From the NCBI GenBank assembly GCA_026647025.1, contig JAPKHH010000004.1, forward strand, positions 12,743 to 76,742: a DNA stretch of 64,000 nt, given 5' to 3'. The stretch's first letter is position 1; every line of letters begins with the position of its first letter. The position numbers and the translations under genes were made by a program. This document shows, piece by piece, positions 22,833 through 31,808 of this stretch. The stretch comes from Giesbergeria sp. Its GTDB lineage: Bacteria > Pseudomonadota > Gammaproteobacteria > Burkholderiales > Burkholderiaceae_C. The notes below the pieces were generated by a model. It searched no databases, was not told the DNA's origin, and was given only the letters and a program-made list of their open reading frames with translations.

Positions 22833-23569
22833 GGAGTGGCTTCCTCTGGAATCTGTGGCGCCCAGGGCGTCTGCCCTTCACCCACTTCTTCGTGCGTGAT
22901 GCCGTCGCGGATGTGGTAAATCCGTTTGAAGGTGGGAATGATCTTTTCGTCGTGCGTGACCACGATCACGGCGGTTTCAAAGCGCTGCGCCATGTCGTTC
23001 AGGATGCGGATCACGGCCAGCGCGCGTTCGCTGTCGAGCGGCGCCGTGGGTTCGTCGGCCAGCACCACCGGCGGGCGGTTCACCAGCCCGCGCGCAATCG
23101 CCACGCGCTGCTGCTCGCCGCCCGAGAGAGCCGAGGGCATGGCGCGGGCGCGGTGGCCCACGTCCAGCGCTTCCAGCAAATCGCGCGCCCGCTTGCGCGC
23201 CTCAGCGTTCGGCACCCCGGCCAGCATGGGCAGCAGGGCGACGTTGTCGGTCACGTCCAGAAAAGGAATCAGGTAAGGCGCCTGGAACACGAAACCAATG
23301 CGGTCGCGCCGCAGCGCGCGCAGGTCGCGAATTTTCCAGCCGTTGTCGTAGATGACCTCGTCGCCCAGCGTCATGCGCCCGGCGCTGGGTTCGATCACGG
23401 CGCCCAGGCATTTGAGCAGCGTGCTCTTGCCAGAGCCGGACGGCCCGATCAGCCCCACCACCTCACCCGGCGCCACCACCATGTTGACGTCCTTGAGCGC
23501 GTCCACGGCGGTGTCGCCCTGTCCGTAGCGCTTGCGCACGCCTTCGATGCGTATTCCGTTGCCTGCCAT
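22829..23569 (-). CDS. ABC transporter ATP-binding protein (LolD/MacB/DevA-like)
   Basis: GPSGSGKST, LSGGEQQRV, LADEPT, VTHD. Confidence 0.95.
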   Translation of the reverse strand: MAGNGIRIEGVRKRYGQGDTAVDALKDVNMVVAPGEVVGLIGPSGSGKSTLLKCLGAVIEPSAGRMTLGDEVIYDNGWKIRDLRALRRDRIGFVFQAPYLIPFLDVTDNVALLPMLAGVPNAEARKRARDLLEALDVGHRARAMPSALSGGEQQRVAIARGLVNRPPVVLADEPTAPLDSERALAVIRILNDMAQRFETAVIVVTHDEKIIPTFKRIYHIRDGITHEEVGEGQTPWAPQIPEEATP

Positions 23570-23570
23570 G

Positions 23571-24809
23571 TCAGCCTCCCACCGCTTCGGCGGGATCGAC
23601 GCGCAACGCGGCGCGAATCGCGACGCCGCTGGCCAGCACGCAGATGGCCAGGATGGCGGCCAGGCCCATCGCCGTATCTTGCGGCACCAGCAGCACGTAT
23701 TTGGGGAAGGCCGGCGCCATCAGCGTGGCCGAGATCTTGCCCACCACGAAGCCAATGACTCCCAGGCCCAGCGCCTGCTGCACGATCATGCCTGCGATGG
23801 TGCGGTTCTTGGTGCCGATGAGCTTGAGCACCGCGATCTCGCGGATCTTGCCCAGCGTCAGCGTGTAGATGATGAAGGCCACGATGGCCGCGCTGACCAG
23901 CGCCAGAATGGCCAGGAACATGCCGATCTGCCGGGCCGATGTGGCGATGAGCTTGCCGATCAGAATGCCCTCCATCTGCGCGCGCGTAGTGGCCGTGAGA
24001 CGCTGCCAGCGCTGGATCGACGCGGCCACTTCCTCGGCGTCGTGTCCTGGCCGAACGCGCACCAGCACGGCGTTGACCGAAGGGTTGCTGCTTTGCGAAG
24101 CAACCACGGCGTCCAGCAGGCCGGGCACGCCAGGGCGGTTGAAAGCGGGGTTGGCGGCGGTGCGGCGGCGGCTTTGCCAGAGCGCATCGTTGTCGCGCAG
24201 AAACTGTGCTGCCTGGGCATCCTTGAGCGGGATGAACACCATGGGGTCACCGCCCGAGGACACCATGCGCCGCGTGAGCCCGACCACGGTGTACACATTG
24301 CGCCGGATCTGGATGCGCTCGCCCAGCGCCAGGCCGCTGGCGATGTCGGCCACCGCCTCGTAGTGGCTGCGCGTGAGCTGCCGCCCGGCCACCAGATAGG
24401 GCGGCCAGCCGGGCGTGCCGCTGCCGCCGGGCGCGATGCCGACCACCATGGCGCGCACGTCGCTGGCGGCACGGGCCGTGCCTGCCGCGCCAGCATTGCC
24501 TGCCAGGCGCTGCACCTGCATCGTCAGGTAGGTGACGTTGGCAGCGTCCTGCACGCCGGGCAGCGCCCGCAGGCTGCGCCAGGTGCTGTCGTTCAGGCTC
24601 GATGGCTCGGCGTACGGGCCCAGCGTGCCCTGCTGCACCACCCAGATGTCGGCGCCGCTGTTGTCCAGCAGGGCGCGCCCGTCGTCCACCATGCCGCGGT
24701 ACACGCCTGCCATGGTGAGCGTGACGCCGATCAGCAGCCCCAGGCCAATGCCCGTGAAGACAAACTTGCCCCAGGCATGGAGGATGTCGCGGCCCGCCAG
24801 GCTGATCAC
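23571..24809 (-). CDS. ABC transporter permease (FtsX/MacB, DevC/HrtB-like)
   Basis: GTG start overlapping the upstream TGA (MISLAGRDILH...); KIREIAVLKLIGT; 1+3 TM layout. Confidence 0.88.
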   Translation of the reverse strand: MISLAGRDILHAWGKFVFTGIGLGLLIGVTLTMAGVYRGMVDDGRALLDNSGADIWVVQQGTLGPYAEPSSLNDSTWRSLRALPGVQDAANVTYLTMQVQRLAGNAGAAGTARAASDVRAMVVGIAPGGSGTPGWPPYLVAGRQLTRSHYEAVADIASGLALGERIQIRRNVYTVVGLTRRMVSSGGDPMVFIPLKDAQAAQFLRDNDALWQSRRRTAANPAFNRPGVPGLLDAVVASQSSNPSVNAVLVRVRPGHDAEEVAASIQRWQRLTATTRAQMEGILIGKLIATSARQIGMFLAILALVSAAIVAFIIYTLTLGKIREIAVLKLIGTKNRTIAGMIVQQALGLGVIGFVVGKISATLMAPAFPKYVLLVPQDTAMGLAAILAICVLASGVAIRAALRVDPAEAVGG

Positions 24810-25957
24810 GGCGCCCCCTTGACGATGCGGTCCACCACATGGGTGTTGCTGCGTGCGGTCAGTTCCTTCTCGCTGTAGACAACGATGCGCGCGCCTTCTG
24901 CAAGGCCGCTGTGCACCTGCACCTGGCCGTCCAGGTCGGCCCGACCCAGTACCAGGGGGGCAAAGCGCAGGCCGTCGGCGCCCAACTCCCACACGCCCAT
25001 CTTTCCGTCCACGCGCCGCAGGGCGGCATTGGGGATGGTGGGTGCAGCGGCGAGTTCGGGCAGGTGAATGGTGACTTCCGCCAGGGTGCCCAGCGGCGGC
25101 AAGGGTGTGGGCAGGGAGGCCAGCACCACCTTCGCCAGGGTTTCTTCGGTCACGGCATCGGCCAGGGGTTCGACACGCAGCACGCGCGCGGCCAGTGGCG
25201 CTCCAACGTCCGAGCGCAGCAGCACCTGCGCGGACAAACCGGCGGCGAGGCCGGCCGCACTGGTCTGGTCAAAGCGCACATTGACCCACAGGCTGTTCGG
25301 GTCCACCAGGTCCACTACCGCCTGTCCGGGCACCACGGTGCTGCCGGGCTCGGCCAGGCGCGCTGTCACCAGCGCGTCGGCCGGGGCGCGCAGGCGCAGC
25401 TGGCCGCGCTGCGTGCGCAGGGCTTCCTGCTCCGCGCGCAGGCGTGCCACTTCGGCCTGGCTGCCCGCCAGAGCAGCGTTGGCGCTGGCCAAGTCCTGCT
25501 GGCGCGCGGTGGCAATTTCTTCGCTGGTGGCACGCACGGCCAGCAACTCGGCGTAGCGCGTAGCCTGGGTCTGTGCCTGCTGCTGGCGGGCCTGTGCGTC
25601 CTTCAGGGCGGCCTGGGCCCGCTGTACGGCGGCAGCCTGGGCGCGCAGGCGCTCGTCAAAGTCCACGGCATCCATTTCGCCCAGCACCTGCCCGGCCGTG
25701 ACGCGGTCGCCTACTTGGACCGACAGGCGCAGCACGCGGCCCGCCACCGTGGGGCCAACGTGGTAGGTGGTGCGCGCCTCCACCGTGCCGATACCGAACA
25801 GGGCGGGGGTGATGGAGCGCTGCTCGGCCGTGGCCACGGTGACGGCCACCGGAGCGAGCGGCCCGGAGCGCAGCACCACATAGACGAACAAGGCCAGCAG
25901 GGGCAGCACGACGGCCAGCAGGGCCAGGGTACGGCGTTGCAGGGGAAGACGGCTCAT
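24806..25957 (-). CDS. Periplasmic adaptor (HlyD/MFP) of the ABC exporter
   Basis: N-terminal TM, VGPTVAGRV...VQVGDRVTAGQVLG, coiled coil. Confidence 0.9.
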   Translation of the reverse strand: MSRLPLQRRTLALLAVVLPLLALFVYVVLRSGPLAPVAVTVATAEQRSITPALFGIGTVEARTTYHVGPTVAGRVLRLSVQVGDRVTAGQVLGEMDAVDFDERLRAQAAAVQRAQAALKDAQARQQQAQTQATRYAELLAVRATSEEIATARQQDLASANAALAGSQAEVARLRAEQEALRTQRGQLRLRAPADALVTARLAEPGSTVVPGQAVVDLVDPNSLWVNVRFDQTSAAGLAAGLSAQVLLRSDVGAPLAARVLRVEPLADAVTEETLAKVVLASLPTPLPPLGTLAEVTIHLPELAAAPTIPNAALRRVDGKMGVWELGADGLRFAPLVLGRADLDGQVQVHSGLAEGARIVVYSEKELTARSNTHVVDRIVKGAP

Positions 25958-26577
25958 GGTGTGCTCCGGATACCGCGCTGATAGATGGCAAACACCCGCG
26001 GCGCATCGCGGCGGATGCGCTCCACGTCGCCCGACAGCATGGACTGCATGACCAGGCCCTGGATGGTGCCGATGAACAGCGTGGCGGCGGCCTCGGTGTC
26101 CAGCGTGGGATCGATTTCGCCCTCGGCCTTGCCCTGTGCGAACAATTGCTGCAGACGCTCGCCGTAGCGCCCCAGCAGCGTGCGCACCATGCGCCGTGGC
26201 AGGCTGTCGCCGGTGCGCTGGAGTTCGCCAAACATCATGCGCGGCACGCCGGGGTGCTCGGCGATGAACCCGGTGTGTGCCAGGAACATGGCTTCAAGCG
26301 CGGCCAGGGGCGTGGCAGCATCCTGCGCTGCACGCTCCACCCGGGCCAGCAACTGCTCGGCCACCCATTCCATCACGGCCTGCAGGATGGCGTCCTTCGT
26401 GGGGAAGTGCCGGAACAGTGCGCCTTGTGTCAGATGCATGTGGCTGGCGATGGCGCTGGTGGTGATGTCGCTGGGGTTCTGCGTGGCGGCCAGTTGCACC
26501 ACCGCCTCCACGGTGGCGGCGCGGCGCTCGTCGGCTGGCAGAGGCTTGGCACGGGTGGTCACGAGGACAGTCTCCAT
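25954..26577 (-). CDS. TetR/AcrR-family regulator
   Basis: ITTSAIASHMHLTQGALFRHFPTKDAIL. Confidence 0.93.
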   Translation of the reverse strand: METVLVTTRAKPLPADERRAATVEAVVQLAATQNPSDITTSAIASHMHLTQGALFRHFPTKDAILQAVMEWVAEQLLARVERAAQDAATPLAALEAMFLAHTGFIAEHPGVPRMMFGELQRTGDSLPRRMVRTLLGRYGERLQQLFAQGKAEGEIDPTLDTEAAATLFIGTIQGLVMQSMLSGDVERIRRDAPRVFAIYQRGIRSTP

Positions 26578-26602
26578 AAGTGAGTAATCAATTACTATCT
26601 TA
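26577..26602. promoter_or_regulatory. Candidate TetR operator
   Basis: TAAGTGAGTAAT-CA-ATTACTATCTTA; arms 10/12 complementary; abuts the tetR start codon. Confidence 0.6.
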
Positions 26603-26755
26603 TGGGGTGAGCGATTTTTGTGCAAGACATGCGGCAAGTCCCCGTGCGGACCAGGGGCGTGTGCGTGGGGTCATGACGACGACGGCAGGCGTTGCCGTGC
26701 GCAGAGACGGCCTTCAGCGCACAGGGCGCCTCGGCAGTGCACGAAATATATGGGA

Positions 26756-26808
26756 AAAATGCCTCGAACGCCCGTCCATCAAGCGCTTGCAGCTATCATA
26801 AAAATAGC
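26756..26808 (-). repeat. Dispersed bipartite palindromic repeat, copy 4
   Basis: Minus strand: GCTAT-N7-ATAGC, GCGCTTGATGGACGGGCG, GAGGCATTTT. Confidence 0.85.
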
Positions 26809-26810
26809 AT

Positions 26811-28106
26811 TCAGCGAATGCGCGGCGTGGCCTGCATCTGCTCAGGGGTGGTGAACCATGCAGCGCTGGTCCCCATCCGGCCCCGCGCCTGGGCGATCTC
26901 ATGGCGGGCCACGCTGCGCAAATGCACCTCGTCCGGTCCGTCCATCAGATGCAGTGCCCGTCCCCAGCTCCAGAACTGGGCCAAAGGGGTGTCCGGCGAG
27001 AGGCCCATGGCACCAAACACCTGCATGGCACGGTCGACCACGCGGCTTTGCAGGCGGGCTGCCACGACCTTGATGGCCGCCACCTGGGCGCGTGTGGTGG
27101 CGATATCGACAGCCTCCCCCTGGTCAAGCAGCCAGGCCGTGTGCAATACCAGCAGGCGTGCCTGGTCGATCTCGATACGGGACTCGGCCAGCCAGTCCTG
27201 CACGTTGGAGAACTCCGATTCGTAGCGCCCGAACATCTGGCGCTCCAGCGTGCGCTCGGCCGCCAGCTGCAAGGCCAGCTCGCACTGCCCAATGGTGCGC
27301 ATGCAGTGGTGCACGCGGCCGGGTCCGAGCCGGGCTTGCGCCATCGCAAACCCCGCACCCCATGCGCCCAGCAACGATGTCTGCGGCACGCGCACGTTCT
27401 GCAGCAGGATCTCGCAATGGCCTTCGGGCGCATGGTGGTGCAGCACCGGAATGTTGCGCAGCACCTGCACGCCGGGTGTGTCCAGCGGCACCAGCACCAT
27501 GCTGTGGCGCCGGTGGGCATCGTCGGCACTGCCGTCCTCCGCCGCGGCATTGCGGCACATCACGATCAACAGCCTGCAGTGGGGGTGCGCCGCCCCCGTG
27601 ATGAACCATTTGCGGCCACTCACCACCAAGGCGTCACCCTCGCGGCGCACGGTGGTCTGCAGGTTGGTGGGGTCGGAGGACGCGACGTCGGGCTCGCTCA
27701 TTGCAAACGCCGAACGGATCTCTCCGTGAAGCAGGGGCTGCAGCCATTGGGCCCGCTGCGCATCGTTGGCAAAGCGGTGGAGCAATTCCATGTTGCCGGT
27801 GTCGGGTGCGCTGCAGTTGAACACTTCCGATGCCCACGGCAGGCGGCCCATGCTTTGCGCCAGTGGTGCGTAATCCAGGTTGGACAAGCAGGTGCCGGGT
27901 TCGTCAGGCTGCAGACCCGGCAGGAAGAGATTCCACAGCCCTTCCTCGCGGGCCAGGACTTTCAGGTCGTCGAGAAAAGGGGGAGGGAAAACGCCGTCCT
28001 GCACGGCGCGGTGCCAGGCGGCGTTGTGGGGCAGGAGGTAGCGCAGCATGAAGGCGTCCAGGCGCAGCTGAAGGTCCCGCGCGCGCGGGGAGAGAGCGAA
28101 GTCCAT
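26811..28106 (-). CDS. Acyl-CoA dehydrogenase family protein (ACAD10/11-like)
   Basis: SAPDTGNMELL, SAFAMSEPDVASSD, GRKWFITGA, LGPGRVHHCMR, LMDGPDEVH. Confidence 0.9.
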   Translation of the reverse strand: MDFALSPRARDLQLRLDAFMLRYLLPHNAAWHRAVQDGVFPPPFLDDLKVLAREEGLWNLFLPGLQPDEPGTCLSNLDYAPLAQSMGRLPWASEVFNCSAPDTGNMELLHRFANDAQRAQWLQPLLHGEIRSAFAMSEPDVASSDPTNLQTTVRREGDALVVSGRKWFITGAAHPHCRLLIVMCRNAAAEDGSADDAHRRHSMVLVPLDTPGVQVLRNIPVLHHHAPEGHCEILLQNVRVPQTSLLGAWGAGFAMAQARLGPGRVHHCMRTIGQCELALQLAAERTLERQMFGRYESEFSNVQDWLAESRIEIDQARLLVLHTAWLLDQGEAVDIATTRAQVAAIKVVAARLQSRVVDRAMQVFGAMGLSPDTPLAQFWSWGRALHLMDGPDEVHLRSVARHEIAQARGRMGTSAAWFTTPEQMQATPRIR

Positions 28107-28136
28107 GCAGCATTGTGGGCGGCCATGCCGCCGCCG

Positions 28137-29147
28137 TCACAACGCAGGCGACAGCCGGGGGGAACGCACCAGAACGGGAATACCCAGCAGCACCGCCAGC
28201 AGCAGCGCCGCTGCCATGTTGTGGGCGAGAGCCGCCGCCAGTGGCAGGCCCAGCGTGACCAGTGCCACCCCCAGCCCGATCTGCGCTGCCAGCAAAGCCA
28301 AAAGCAAGAGTGCGGCAACGCGCAGCCCACCGCGCCAGGCGAAAGCGGCCAGCGGCAGCAGGACGGCCACCACCACCAGTCCGCCGACGCGGTGCAGTAC
28401 ATGCACCCACGCGCCGGCCGGGTGGTTCGGCAGCGCGGCGTTGGTCTGAGGCTCCGCCCAGGGATTGAAGGCGTCCCAGGAGCCAGCGCTCAGGTCGCAG
28501 CCCGTCAGTCCGGTGCAGCTCAGGCCGGCCTGTCCCGCGCTGACCAGCCCACCCAGCGCCACCTGCGCCAGCAAGAGCGCGGCGCCCAGCCAGGCCCAGC
28601 GGGCCAGGCGCGGTGGTGGACCACCGGGGATGGAATCCAGGCGGCCGGTCAGCGCCATCCGCACGCTCACCGCGAACATGACAAAGCCCCCCAGCAGGTT
28701 GCCCAGGGTGACGGCGGGAATGCGGGCATGGGCCGTCCAGCGCCCGAGCACCGCCAGAAAAAGCGCCAGCCCGAGCAAGCCCAGGGCCAGCCGCCCCTGG
28801 GGCCACAACACCGGCCGGGACGCCACCGCCGCCATCACCATGACCAGCACCAGCAAAAGCGCCGACGAGGCGATCACCCGGTGCGCCAGCCGCGCACCGG
28901 CGGTAGCGGCATCGGCTTGCAGGGGCGGCTCGCCCTGCTGTTGAGCGCGCCACTGCTGCCCGTAGCACTGGGGCCAGGGCTCGCAGCCCAGGCCTGCCTT
29001 GGACAGGCGGATATAGGCGCTCAGGCTGGTGATGGCCAGCACCAGCACGGCGCAGATCCAGGCCATGCGCCGCAGCAAAAGCACCCGCCGCTGGACCGGG
29101 TCCGCCGGAGAGGAAAGAAGAGAGGGAGGCATGGCAGGGAGGTTCAT
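28137..29147 (-). CDS. ctaA: Divergent heme A synthase (COX15/CtaA family)
   Basis: GLGCEPWPQC, AHR, GLSCTGLTGC, VLHR, AHN; ~8 TM; divergent from the oxidase operon. Confidence 0.78.
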   Translation of the reverse strand: MNLPAMPPSLLSSPADPVQRRVLLLRRMAWICAVLVLAITSLSAYIRLSKAGLGCEPWPQCYGQQWRAQQQGEPPLQADAATAGARLAHRVIASSALLLVLVMVMAAVASRPVLWPQGRLALGLLGLALFLAVLGRWTAHARIPAVTLGNLLGGFVMFAVSVRMALTGRLDSIPGGPPPRLARWAWLGAALLLAQVALGGLVSAGQAGLSCTGLTGCDLSAGSWDAFNPWAEPQTNAALPNHPAGAWVHVLHRVGGLVVVAVLLPLAAFAWRGGLRVAALLLLALLAAQIGLGVALVTLGLPLAAALAHNMAAALLLAVLLGIPVLVRSPRLSPAL

Positions 29148-29299
29148 GGCGGCGCGAAAAAAGAGCGAAGAAATGCGGCGGCAGCGGAACGCGGCACGGG
29201 CGCGCGAAGGGAATTTTCCCCATCACCCCCCAAATCCTGGAGAAAGTGTCTCTTTCTCCGGAAACTAGGCGTTTACCCTGATTTCAGGGTCCTTAACTG

Positions 29300-29313
29300 T
29301 TGATCGAAATCAT
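29300..29313. promoter_or_regulatory. FNR/DNR/NnrR-type binding site
   Basis: TTGAT-CGAA-ATCAT, 9/10 match to TTGAT-N4-ATCAA, 68 bp (centre) upstream of the ATG at 29375. Confidence 0.65.
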
Positions 29314-29374
29314 GTTTAACTCTCAGTAGTCGATCAAAAATGTCAGGTACTGTCCGCTTTACCAAGGAGAAGAC

Positions 29375-29530
29375 ATGAGCCAGCACGACGACGAGAACGA
29401 AAAAGTTCCGCTTATGCAGCAGTTATTGGACAACCCGTTCCTCCTGCTGTTTTTGGGGGTGATGATTCCCATGATCGTATATTCGCTCTGGGGCGTTATC
29501 GACATTCTGACCATTCCGGTGGCGAAATAA
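29375..29530 (+). CDS. 51-aa single-TM protein, probable small subunit of the heme-copper enzyme
   Basis: SD AAGGAG; MSQHDDENEKVPLMQQLLDNPFLLLFLGVMIPMIVYSLWGVIDILTIPVAK; below the ORF-track cutoff. Confidence 0.8.
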   Translation: MSQHDDENEKVPLMQQLLDNPFLLLFLGVMIPMIVYSLWGVIDILTIPVAK

Positions 29531-29542
29531 GGGGTAACGCAC

Positions 29543-30082
29543 ATGAGCGCCATTCTTCCCCCCTCAGAGCGGTTGTGGTGGAAACACCCGCTGGACCGTC
29601 TCGAAGCCGTCTGGATTGTCATCGCCTTCATCTGGTGCATGGTCATGTTCTTCATGATGGTTTTCTGGCATGTCTACGGCAAGCAGAACCTTGCGACCGA
29701 GACCTACAAGACCACACCCGACAAGTTCACCGCCGCCACCCAGGCCATGGTGGACAAGTACACCGTCCGCACGGAAACCGACCAGAACATTCCGGTGGTG
29801 CGTCCGCCCGAGGGCAGCGACATCTACCTGATTGGCCGCCTGTGGAACTGGTGGCCGATTCTGGAACTGGAAAAAAACAAATCCTACAAGTTGCACCTGA
29901 CCTCGATGGACTACAACCACGGTTTCTCGCTTCAGCCCACCAACATCAACATCCAGGTGGTGCCAGGATATGAGCACGTGATCAAGGTCACGCCCAACGA
30001 GTCCGGCACTTTTTCCATCATCTGCAACGAATTTTGCGGAATCAACCACCACACCATGGTGGGCCGCATGTACGTGAAGTAG
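29543..30082 (+). CDS. Heme-copper oxidase subunit II (B-family type, one TM, CuA)
   Basis: DYNHGF and CNEFCGINHHTM CuA ligands; WNWWP. Confidence 0.92.
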   Translation: MSAILPPSERLWWKHPLDRLEAVWIVIAFIWCMVMFFMMVFWHVYGKQNLATETYKTTPDKFTAATQAMVDKYTVRTETDQNIPVVRPPEGSDIYLIGRLWNWWPILELEKNKSYKLHLTSMDYNHGFSLQPTNINIQVVPGYEHVIKVTPNESGTFSIICNEFCGINHHTMVGRMYVK

Positions 30083-30095
30083 CAGGAGCACCGAC

Positions 30096-31793
30096 ATGAC
30101 TGCAACCACTTACCGTACCTGCCCGCGCTCGGGCCTGCAATTCGAATCCCAGGCGGAAAAGCTGATGATCGCCAATGCCGTCGCCGCCGTCGTGGCGCTG
30201 CTGGTCGGCGGTCTCCTGGCCATTGGTGTCGTGCTGACCCGCTGGCCCGCCGTGCACTGGCTGGCGGCCGACACTTTCTACATGGTGCTCACGGCACACG
30301 GCATCGACATGCTGATCTTCTGGATCATCTTCTTCGAAGTCGCAGTGCTGTATTTCGCCTCGTCGACACTCTTGCGGTGCCGCATTGCCACACCCAAGAT
30401 CGCCTGGGCGGCCTTCGCACTGATGCTGATCGGCGCGGTGATGAACAACCTGACGGTGTTCCAGGGCGGCTCCAGCGTCATGATGACCTCGTACGTGCCC
30501 ATGATGGCGTCGTCGTGGTTCTACCTGGGCCTCATCCTGTTCGCCGTCGGCGCCCTGATTGCGTGTTTTGTGTTTTTCGGCACGCTGGTGGTCGCCAAGC
30601 GCGAAAAAACCTACGAAGGCTCGGTGCCCCTGGTGACGTTTGGCGCCATCACGGCCGCCATCATCGCGGTGTTCACCATTGCCTCCGGCGCGATCATCCT
30701 GATCCCCACCTACATGATGGCCATTGGCCTCATCAGTGAAGTCGATCCGTTGATCTACCGCACCATCTGGTGGGCTTTCGGGCACTCGTCGCAGCAAATC
30801 AACGTGGCAGCGCACATCTCGATCTGGTATGCCGTGGCGGCCATCGCCTTCGGTGCCAAGCCCATGTCCGAGCGCGTCAGCCGTGGCGCCTTCCTGCTGT
30901 ACATCCTGTTCCTGCAGCTTGCCAGTGCCCACCACCTGTTGGCCGACCCCGGCATCAGCACCGAGTGGAAAGTGGTGAACACCAGCTACTTCATGTACTT
31001 CGCCGTGCTGGCTTCGATGATCCATGCGCTGTCCATTCCGGGCGCCATGGAGGTGGCCCAGCGTGCCAAGGGCTACAACAAGGGCCTGTTTGAATGGCTG
31101 CGCAAGGCGCCCTGGGGCAACCCTGCTTTTTCGGGCGTGTTCATCTCGCTCGTGGGCTTCGGCTTCCTCGGTGGCATCTCCGGCGTGATGATGGGTACCG
31201 AACAGCTCAACCTGCTGATCCACAACACCATCTACGTGCCGGGCCACTTCCACGCCACCGTGGTGATTGGTACCACGCTGACCTTCATGGCCCTGACGTA
31301 CTTCCTGATTCCTGTGCTGTTCCGGCGCGAGATGATCTCGCCCGGTCTGGCCAAGATCCAGCCGTACCTCTTCGGCTTCTCGATGTACTTCTTCTGCCTG
31401 GTGATGATGGGCGCCGGTACGCTGGGCGTTTCCCGTCGGCACTGGGACATGGCCTTCAGTGGCGCGGCCCTGGCCTATGAATGGCCCGGCGCGGCGTATC
31501 TGATGATGGGTCTGGTCGGTATCGGGGGGATTGCCGCCATCGTGGGTGGCGGCATCTACATCTACGTCACGGTGGGCTCCATCTTGTGGGGCAAGAAGCT
31601 CGATACCGGCGTCGTGAGCCCCAAGTTCACCCCGGTGGGACGGGCTGCACCCACAGCCGCCGCACAGACCTATGGCTCTGCAGGGTTCGTGGCTCCTGGC
31701 ACCTTCGTGCTGGCCATGTTCTTCCTGGTGTCCTTCGTGCTGTACTACTTCATCAACTGGAAGTACCTGGGCCAGCTCTGGGGCCTGAGCTAA
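30096..31793 (+). CDS. Heme-copper superfamily subunit I with Tyr->Gln; probable eNOR-type nitric oxide reductase
   Basis: TAHG (helix II), GHSSQQIN (helix VI, H+4 = Q rather than Y), SAHHLL (helix VII), GHFHAT (helix X). Confidence 0.78.
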   Translation: MTATTYRTCPRSGLQFESQAEKLMIANAVAAVVALLVGGLLAIGVVLTRWPAVHWLAADTFYMVLTAHGIDMLIFWIIFFEVAVLYFASSTLLRCRIATPKIAWAAFALMLIGAVMNNLTVFQGGSSVMMTSYVPMMASSWFYLGLILFAVGALIACFVFFGTLVVAKREKTYEGSVPLVTFGAITAAIIAVFTIASGAIILIPTYMMAIGLISEVDPLIYRTIWWAFGHSSQQINVAAHISIWYAVAAIAFGAKPMSERVSRGAFLLYILFLQLASAHHLLADPGISTEWKVVNTSYFMYFAVLASMIHALSIPGAMEVAQRAKGYNKGLFEWLRKAPWGNPAFSGVFISLVGFGFLGGISGVMMGTEQLNLLIHNTIYVPGHFHATVVIGTTLTFMALTYFLIPVLFRREMISPGLAKIQPYLFGFSMYFFCLVMMGAGTLGVSRRHWDMAFSGAALAYEWPGAAYLMMGLVGIGGIAAIVGGGIYIYVTVGSILWGKKLDTGVVSPKFTPVGRAAPTAAAQTYGSAGFVAPGTFVLAMFFLVSFVLYYFINWKYLGQLWGLS

Positions 31794-31808
31794 GCAGGAC
31801 ACGGCGCC

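Noticed and set aside
26901-29303. 800-aa plus-strand ORF over ACAD/ctaA
   Set aside because: Shadow frame with low-complexity R/G/Q/A composition.
29543-31793. Call as an aa3/ba3 oxygen reductase
   Set aside because: The cross-linking Tyr is absent from helix VI (HSSQQ).
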